A DNA stretch of 64,000 nt from Octopus vulgaris (Eukaryota), in contig OX597837.1 of NCBI GenBank assembly GCA_951406725.2, positions 47,740,001 through 47,804,000 of the forward strand, in the 5' to 3' direction. Below are positions 37,940-64,000 of the stretch, piece by piece. Position 1 is the stretch's first letter; each line of letters opens with the position of its first letter. The translations under genes and the position numbers were made by a program. The notes below the pieces were generated by a model, which was not told the DNA's origin, did no database searches, and saw only the letters and a list, made by a program, of their open reading frames with translations.

Positions 37940-38300
37940 TATAGAAAAAACAGTAAAGTACCAATACCCAGCTATTGAATTAGAGAGACTATGGGAAGTG
38001 CAGGTAGAATGTATCCCAGTAGTTATAGGTGCATTGGGAACAATCCCTGAAGATGTGAACAGATGGATAGAGGAAACAGGCATGAAACCCAGTTTAGTAT
38101 AACTGCAAAAAACAGTGTTATTGGGGACAGCTGGGATACTTAGGAAGGTTCTTGGCATCTGAGGTTACTTCCTGAACCCTAGAGGAGGGTTCTTGGCATC
38201 TGAGGTTACTTCCTGAACCCTAGAGGAGGGTTCTTGGCATCTGAGGTTACTTGCTGCAGCACAATGTTAGGATTATTTTCTTTTCCAATTGTTTAATCTG
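37940..38300 (+). mobile_element. R4/Dong-type (RLE) non-LTR retrotransposon 3' fragment with a 41-bp tandem duplication
   Basis: KY..AIELERLWEVQVECIPVVIGALGTIP...LQKTVLLGTAGILRKVLGI*; ggttcttggcatctgaggttactt at 38147, 38188, 38229. Confidence 0.85.
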
Positions 38301-39544
38301 TTGTGTGTATATGAAAATAATATTTCTAATTTAGACACAAGGCTTTGACTAGTGGGAGGGAGGGGGGGTTGTCAACCCTGGTATTTTACTGGTACTACCA
38401 CACCATGGAGTAGAATGTTATCAATTTTGAAGGATATAATAGAATAGTACCCTAACATGATGTGCCTATTGTTGTCTGATCCTAGAATTAACATCATCAT
38501 AGATTTAACTGGCAAAATACTCCACCACCACCACCTTCATTGCTCCTCCAAAACAACAGCTTTGTCTAATCTGAATTCCTCCACTGGAAGGACCCACTCC
38601 CTTCTCATAAAAGACGCATCAACATATCTGTTTTAGCATTCAAAGAATCTCGTTATTTCTTTCATTGTCTGTTTTAATTGTCAAAGTCACTGATTTGGTT
38701 TATGAAATTGTTATAAATAAAGAATCGCTTAATAACTGCTGTTGGTGTTTAGTTCCAAGTTAACCCGACCGAGTACAGTAGAACTTCCATCTGTGGCCAC
38801 CCCATTTGTTTTCATAAGTTCACCCAACAGGATCCTGCATATTTTTGAAGAGAAAAGTGTGAAAATTTAAGGCAGGGTTTGACTGTTTACCACAGAGCTC
38901 TCATTTTCAGTTGTCAAGTATTGATGTAGTCTGACTGCCATTTCTAGCAGACTCACCGACCACATTGAAGCTCCTCTTGTCAAGTATTGCGTCCTCTTTT
39001 GACTACCCAAGACCAAATGAATTTCACTGTTGAAAAAGTTCAAGAATTTCCTGAGATGTTAGAAAATAATTAACTAAAGTTGATGTTTTTGCTAATTAAT
39101 TGGTAATTAGTTTTGGTGTTAATTTAGCAAAAACTAGTGATTAAAACAATTTCCCTCAAATGAATATCTAAACAAGTCTGAAGTAAAAACTTAAAATATG
39201 GGAAAATAGGTTAACGGACAAAATTAAGTGTTGTTGTGTATACATCTCTCTCTCTCTCTATATATATATATACATATATACACAAGCAAAACGCACCCCC
39301 TGTCCAATGGATGGTGCTGAGTTGTCAAATATTTAAACCAAATTCTCAAAACAACGTTTCCAACCGTCCCAAAGGCTTCCCCTTTGAGAAACACTGATTT
39401 AACCAAAATTTGAGACACCAGAAGAAGAAATAAAGATAGATTTTATTTCTATTCCAAAGAAAAACAATATTTACACAAATATGCAACCAAAGAATTTAAA
39501 GTATCAGTAAGTACATCAAAACAGCTGATGAACTTGCACATACA

Positions 39545-39750
39545 AATGCATGTTCCCACGGCTTTATCGATCGCATTCTCACCTGGAATCGATTTTTGAA
39601 ATTTTTTTCAGACTTATACACGCCCTGATACTGTCGATATCTACATATCAAATTTGAGCGCAATCAGATGGAGGATGCCCAAGATCCTAGAAGACACACA
39701 CACACACACACACACAGACAGACAGAACGGATTTTATATAATATATATAT
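39545..39750 (-). mobile_element. Helitron-like non-autonomous element, 5' part
   Basis: minus strand: tatataaaatccgttctgtctgtctgtgtgtg..., same layout as the element at 41520. Confidence 0.5.
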
Positions 39751-40924
39751 CTCTCTATATCACTATCTCTATGTATATATATATATATACACACACACAT
39801 ATATACATACATATACACACATATATATATACATACACACATATACATACACATACATACATACACATACATACATACACATATATAATACATACACATA
39901 ATACATACACATATATAGATATATATACATACATATATACACATATAATACATACACATATAATACATACACATATACACATATAATACATACACATATA
40001 TAGATATATATACATACATATACATAAATACACATACATATATACACATATATATATAGATACATACATATACATATATACACATATATATACATACACA
40101 TACATATATACACATATATATACATACATATATATATATATACATACATATATACACATATATATATATACATACATATATATATATATATACATACATA
40201 TATATATATATACATACATATATACACATATATATATATATACATACATATATATATATATATACATACATATATATATATACATACATATATACACATA
40301 TATATATATATACATACATATATACACATATATATATATATACATACATATATACACATATATATATATATACATACATATATACACATATATATATATA
40401 TACATACATATATACACATATATATATATATATACATACATATATACACATATATATATATATATACATACATATATACACATATATATATATATACATA
40501 CATATATACACATATATACATACACATATATATACATACATACACATATATACATACACATATATAGATATATATACATACATACACATATATATATACA
40601 TACACATATATAGATATATATACATACATACACATATATATATACATACACATATATATACATACACACATATATACATACACACATATATACATACACA
40701 TATATATACATACACATATATATATATATACATATATATACATACACATATATATATATATACATATATATACATACACATATATATACATACACACATA
40801 TATACATACACACATATATATATTTAGATATATATACATACACACATATATATATAGATATATATATACATACACACATATATATATATAGATATATATA
40901 TACATACATATATGTAAATATATA
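39735..40924. repeat. Compound (TA)n/(CATA)n microsatellite, about 1.2 kb
   Basis: read directly; source of the Y/I/M/V/C-rich ORFs. Confidence 0.97.
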
Positions 40925-41005
40925 GCCGAAATTTACAAAATAAAAGACAAAGACAGGTGTTTAAACAACAAGCAGGTGTATTAGTTTGACGCTCAGGAAG
41001 GTGAG

Positions 41006-41357
41006 AAAGAAAATCACATCAGATCTAAAAGTCTCTTAAACTGAAAAGTCCAGCAGAAGATTTGATTTGGTTTTTCTCAAACAAGGAAAACTTTGACCAA
41101 GATCAGAAAAGTTAACAGAAGAAATGACAGATTATTATGTGAAGACTTTTCTGAAGCTCCAAGTGTTATGTAAATGAAAATTCCTGCAACCTTCATAGTT
41201 TTAGGGGTTGTCAGCAATGAAGGACATGTGATGCCTCCTTACTTCTTTCCACAAGGCCTTAGAGTTAACTTTGCTGACTACATTGAGGTCCTGGAAATAA
41301 TTGTTAAGTTCTGGATAGACAGTGTATGAAATGGAAGGCCATATATGTTTCAACAAC
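41006..41357 (+). mobile_element. Tc1/mariner (maT/DD37D-like) transposase catalytic fragment
   Basis: KIPATFIVLGVVSNEGHVMPPYFFPQGLRVNFADYIEVLEIIVKFWIDSV*NGRPYMFQQ. Confidence 0.8.
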
Positions 41358-41519
41358 GGGCTTCTTTCAGTTTCCGTCTACCAAATCCACCCACAAGGCT
41401 TTGGTTAGTCCGAGGCTATAGAAGACACTTGCCCAAGGTGCCATGCAGTCAGGCTGAAACCAGAACCATGTGGTTGGAAGCAAGCTACTTACCACACAGC
41501 TACTCCTGTGCCTATGATA

Positions 41520-41891
41520 TCTCTCTCTATATAAACAGCAGTTTGTCTGTGTGTGTTTCTGTGTGTCTGTTTGGTTGTACCCTCACCCTGACCACTGCTT
41601 TCAACCGATTCTGATGAAACTTGACACACACATAGCCCAATGTCATAATTCAAAACTAACGCAGCAAAAATTTTGAAAAGTTCCCCCAGTTCTGAAAAAA
41701 ATCGATAAATTTGACATGGGGTCGAGAATCAGAAACACAAACCACAGACTGTCTAGGGGACGCAACTCGACCTTTTTAACTCAGAAAAAAATTTACCATA
41801 TTTTTTTCCCCATTTTTTGGCTATAACTCTCTAAAAATGCTTTATAGTTATTTCCCTTACAAACCTGAGCAACGCCGGGCGATACTGCTAG
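41520..41891 (+). mobile_element. Non-autonomous Helitron
   Basis: 5' TC, internal gt/ct microsatellite, subterminal hairpin cctgagcaacgccggg, 3' CTAG, inserted between A and T. Confidence 0.75.
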
Positions 41892-42635
41892 TATATATAT
41901 AAATGAATAATGAGTACTGTTCCGTGATGGTAAGATCAACAAAAGAAGCACTCCATCTTGTGAAGAGGTAAATATTAATCAATAGACACGTGTCTTTATG
42001 CACTGCTAATAGTTTCTTATGTTGAGAATATGTCAAATAATGGTCTGTGCCTGTTGCTGTGTTGGGACGCTACATGTTATAATTCATTATTTGGTATGTT
42101 CTCAACATAAGAAACTATTAGTAACACATAAAAACATGCATTGTGTGTATTAAAGAATATATATACATACATTCAACTCAGCTTTTCTTCAGGTACATTT
42201 ACCTGTGGTTTGTAATCTTTTGTTGTAGGGAAAAAAAGTGAAGAATTTACCAGCTTTGGCCACTGTAGAATGGAGGAAGGGGAAACAAAACTAGGTTTAG
42301 GGACCATTGAAATTCATCAACAAGCAAGCTCCATTAGAGAGGAAAGGCTGTGTTTAAGGAGTTCAGTTTATTTTTTAAAAAAACATGTTAATCTCCATCA
42401 TAATGTGGATGCTATGTTAGAACACTGAAATACTGTGCTGTCTATTTTGAAAGGGGCTATCATGTGGACTTGTGTATAAAAGAACTATTTATATTGTTTG
42501 TGCACAACAAATCTACATGAAGGATTTTCTCAAGATAAATAACGCAGTTTTCTGGTACACAACCTCCATGTTATGTTGGAGATAGAGATTGCAATTTGCT
42601 ACCAATACTGCTACAGTCACGATTAAGCTTATGTA

Positions 42636-42671
<36 letters not shown>

Positions 42672-42717
42672 GATATACGATTGCTAGCCACTAAAGCTTT
42701 TTTTATTCTCTCTCTTC

Positions 42718-43160
42718 TCAAATCTTCTGCTGCTGGATTTTTCAGTTTAAGAGACTTTTAGATCTGATGTGATTTTCTTTTGCTTTTTCTGACAAATTGA
42801 CCTTTCCTCATCACATAAGACTTGTATCTGATGTCTTTGTGGACAACATTTCTGACTGTTCCTTCTGACACTTGGAGATCTTTTGCAATTGACCTCATGG
42901 ACTTTCTGGGATTGTAACCAATGGTCTGTTGAACTTGCTGGATAAATTCAGGTGTTCTGATGATTTCAGAATTTTTTTAAATGCTTTGATATTAGGGATA
43001 CACTTCCATCTTCAGTCTCTAGCTCCTTACAAACTTTGTAGACAAAAGATTTGACAACTTTTAAAAATAGAGATATTTCTAAATCCCTATGCTCAGCCTT
43101 TATAACCACAATAACAGCATTTCCTGAGTAAGCTGATGGTCTGCCATAATCATTTTCTTA
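42718..43160 (-). mobile_element. Tc1/mariner (maT-like) transposase N-terminal fragment
   Basis: minus strand: IRTPEFIQQVQQTIGYNPRKSMRSIAKDLQVSEGTVRNVVHKDIRYKSYVM (HTH region). Confidence 0.8.
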
Positions 43161-43626
43161 AACAAAGATTATACAGTTAGCAAAAAATGCAGCAATGACC
43201 CCCAAAAAAGCTCTGTCCTCAAACACCTTACGCACCCTGCATCTGTTTCCATGCATTGGACATAAAGCTGTAACTCATACACTTGGGTGACTTCAATGCA
43301 AGAGTTGAAACCGATCACGGAATATGGCAGAGTGTATAAGGAACTAATTGAATCGGTAACTAATTCCATTGGTGAACTTTTTTCACTATGAACCAGTGAT
43401 TCCTGACCAAAACTACTTCCAACCTGCTTTTAGGAACCATGCTCTACACACTGACACTTGATTGACAAGACGAGTGTTGTCAAGTTTGTGTGGTGTTGGT
43501 AGCTGGACTGGTCACTGACTATTGATAGCCAATATCCTTAAAATGAAAGGCAAGACGACCTCAAGGCAAATCAACAAAATCAACTTTGAACCTCAACAAA
43601 CTCAGGAAGAATGTCCAGTGGGGATC

Positions 43627-43682
<56 letters not shown>

Positions 43683-44857
43683 ATCCAACCATAGAAGACG
43701 GCAGAGTTTGGTGTAGTCTTCTGACTCACAACTTCCTATCAATGCGTCTGATCCATGCTGGTCTGGAAGGAGGACATTAAATGATGAAGATCAGCTGCTC
43801 CACAGAAAGGGGCTGCTGCAACATACAGGCACATATGATCCACTTTAGAGACATCAGATGAAACGAATCTTAATTGTATTCATCACAGAATTTGGTGTTT
43901 GTCCACCAACAAACAACCGATATTTAGAAAAACATTACAAAATATAATAAAACTAATAATAATCAATGCAACATCATCTCAAACCAGCAGAAAGTCCAAA
44001 TATTTTATCAGAAAACTGGAGGTGATCAGAGAAGAATTGATAATTTCTTCCCCTAACTTCTAGATGCTAAGATAATTGAAATCGTTGGTCAATATGGATT
44101 GAAGTGGATCTTTAAAGCATTAAGGTAGGTTTGGTGTTTAAAACAGTACCATAGGATTAAGGTGGATTAGATGTTTAATCCTTTAGCATTCAGATTACTC
44201 TATCGAGGTCTATCTTTAGAATGACATTGTAGAGCAGGTGTGAGAAGCCAGATCCATTCAGTTACGAAGATAAAATATTTGGACTAGATATGGCTGGTTT
44301 AAATAGTAACATAGGATGAAGGGGTTTAAAGCAGTAAAATTAAACTGGGTGATACTGGTGACATCAAATGCCAACAACAATTTGTGATGGAGAAGTGCAA
44401 AAGAGCAATCCAGAGGACTCTTGTTTGCTGAGTGAACAAATTAATTGACATCCTGCTAGAAAAGGCCGGCTGTTCCAGACTCTCTGCCGTTTCATTCTCC
44501 CCGACACAATGTGTTATTTAGCTCTGATGTCTCCTACTATTGTAGTACCACACAACTAGTAATTTGGTAAATAATAAATATTATAAACACTAATTTAAGA
44601 AAGAACAGAACTATATAATGGAGAACTCAAATCAGACACCAATTGCTTTCCATCAGTTTCAATTCATCCAAAACAATAAAAAGTTTAAATCTGGGTAACT
44701 GAAAACCCTGACCAGAATCTGGCCTTAGAGTTAGTAACCAATCATAAGGCAAAACATTCAATAAACAATATACACCAACAGTTATAAATGCATTTTTATA
44801 GATTTATATACATTAAAAAAGAAAGTTCATGTTGACAGTTTGGGGACAACAAGCTTG

Positions 44858-61980
<17,123 letters not shown>

Positions 61981-62941
61981 CTGGAAACAGCAACAACAAC
62001 AACAGCAAATAAGGATGGTGACTTATTATGACAGTGACGAAACAACATAAGCAGTCAAGCTGCTAGAAATAACAACCAAATCTCCTTCAAATCACACTCT
62101 ACTATCGACCAATTTAATGTGATCTTGATTTCTTTGCAAAACCATATAGATGGTCATGATTAGAATGTCTTCGATCCTTGTGGAACAGGGTTGATCTAGT
62201 GCTAAACAACTATGATAGCCAATGGTTTGCCAATCCCTGTCCGACCACATCATCAAATATAGAGAAGAGTATGGAACCGAAACAAATGTGTTTCAGAAGA
62301 TTTGCTGATATGGACAATGACAAACCATATTGGAATTAACGCTAATGGTCAAACTACGGTTGCAGAAGGCAGTAGCTGTCAGCATCATCAATTCACAGAG
62401 GATGGAATCTAGTTTCTTTATACATGGCCCTTGTTCATTTTAACAGGGTTTGGATGTGTATGCTGAGGTAATGTTATACGGCCAGATGCCCTTCCTGATC
62501 CTTAATTTTCAAGTAAGGGATCAGCTTGGGATACCTGGAGGATTTGTTGACAAGAGACAACAACACTGCTTGCTGCACTTTTATACATGTGACTGCAGAG
62601 CTAAACACACACACACCAAATCCACTGATATGGTTTTGGTTGGCTGGGGGTCTATAGTACAAGACACCTGACAAAGGTGCCATGCAATGGGATGGAACCC
62701 AAGACTACATGATTGGGAATTAACTTCTCAACCATACAGCTGTGCCAGTACCTACCCACACACCCAATAGGGGTTCTTTGAAGTTTCTGTTTACCCAAAC
62801 CTCTTAAAATATTGATCAACCCAAGGATACAATAAAACATTTAAAAGTTCCACAGAGAGTTCAAACCCTGAATACTATATTCAGACATTTACCTACATAT
62901 AAGTGTATCACACACACACACAAGTATATCTACACATACAG

Positions 62942-64000
62942 TACATGCCACCCTAAAAACATCGCCATTCCCGCCCGTTTCTCTAAAGTTCAACCTTCGC
63001 ATATTCCCTTTAATTCGATCTCCACCATTCACTATCATTTCTTCCCCTGACTTGCAGCGATGTCCATGAGCAGGCTAAGATTTCTCGCTTCTATTTCATA
63101 CATACATACATTTGTGTACCGTTTAAATGTTTTGAACTTATAACCACCAATCTGCTTTGCTTTCCTTTTCTCTCTACATGCCACCCTAAAAACATCGCCA
63201 TTCCCGCCCGTTTCTCTAAAGTTCAACCTTCGCATATTCCCTTTAATTCGATCTCCACCATTCACTATCATTTCTTCCCCTGACTTGCAGCGATGTCCAT
63301 GAGCAGGCTAAGATTTCTCGCTTCTATTTCATACATACATACATTTGTCTACCGTTTAAATGTTTTGAACTTATAACCACCAATCTGCTTTGCTTTCCTT
63401 TTCTCTCTACATGCCACCCTAAAAACATCGCCATTCCCGCCCGTTTCTCTAAAGTTCAACCTTCGCATATTCCCTTTAATTCGATCTCCACCATTCACTA
63501 TCATTTCTTCCCCTGACTTGCAGCGATGTCCATGAGCAGGCTAAGATTTCTCGCTTCTATTTCATACATACATACATTTGTGTACCGTTTAAATGTTTTG
63601 AACTTATAACCACCAATCTGCTTTGCTTTCCTTTTCTCTCTACATGCCACCCTAAAAACATCGCCATTCCCGCCCGTTTCTCTAAAGTTCAACCTTCGCA
63701 TATTCCCTTTAATTCGATCTCCACCATTCACTATCATTTCTTCCCCTGACTTGCAGCGATGTCCATGAGCAGGCTAAGATTTCTCGCTTCTATTTCATAC
63801 ATACATACATTTGTCTACCGTTTAAATGTTTTGAACTTATAACCACCAATCTGCTTTGCTTTCCTTTTCTCTCTACATGCCACCCTAAAAACATCGCCAT
63901 TCCCGCCCGTTTCTCTAAAGTTCAACCTTCGCATATTCCCTTTAATTCGATCTCCACCATTCGCTATCATTTCTTCCCCTGACTTGCAGCGATGTCCATG
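62942..64000 (-). repeat. 233-bp tandem satellite (reverse complement of 3919-5996), about 4.5 copies, runs off the window
   Basis: gttcaaccttcgcatattccc recurs every 233 bp; essentially identical to the left array. Confidence 0.97.

Noticed and set aside
39654-40909. 370-384-aa Y/I/M/V/C-rich ORFs
   Set aside because: (TA/CA)n microsatellite.
63035-63737. Duplicated 78-aa ORF as a tandem gene family
   Set aside because: Satellite monomer; most copies have an internal TAG and there is no recognisable domain.

Overview
Eukaryotic, AT-rich, repeat-dense genomic DNA. The SINE families, (TA/CA)n tracts and minisatellites resemble an octopus/coleoid cephalopod; this assignment is from recognition, not a search. 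I reconstructed two convergent multi-exon genes by hand, with GT-AG boundaries and consistent intron phases. (1) On +, a ferric-chelate reductase 1-like DOMON + cytochrome b561 gene: 12 coding exons, about 10606-37179, all heme ligands present, no Reeler domain found. (2) On -, a DDX43/DDX53-like DEAD-box helicase: 17 exons, 61980-44858, all helicase motifs intact, but an acidic/RGG N-terminus and no visible KH domain. The rest is repeats: a 233-bp satellite in opposite orientations near both window ends (the left array runs into a 100-N gap), five minisatellites (37, 34, 33, 29, 34 bp), SINEs, CR1/RTE/R4-Dong LINE fragments, and hAT, mariner, maT, Helitron and Penelope-like remnants. One minisatellite is amplified from the mariner YSPDLAP motif. 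There is also evidence for a ~1.7-kb micro-inversion. The very long ORFs in the supplied track are repeat artefacts. I found no CRISPR or prokaryotic system and no clearly new multi-gene system. The best leads are the KH-less DDX43, the Reeler-less FRRS1-like gene and the repeat architecture.
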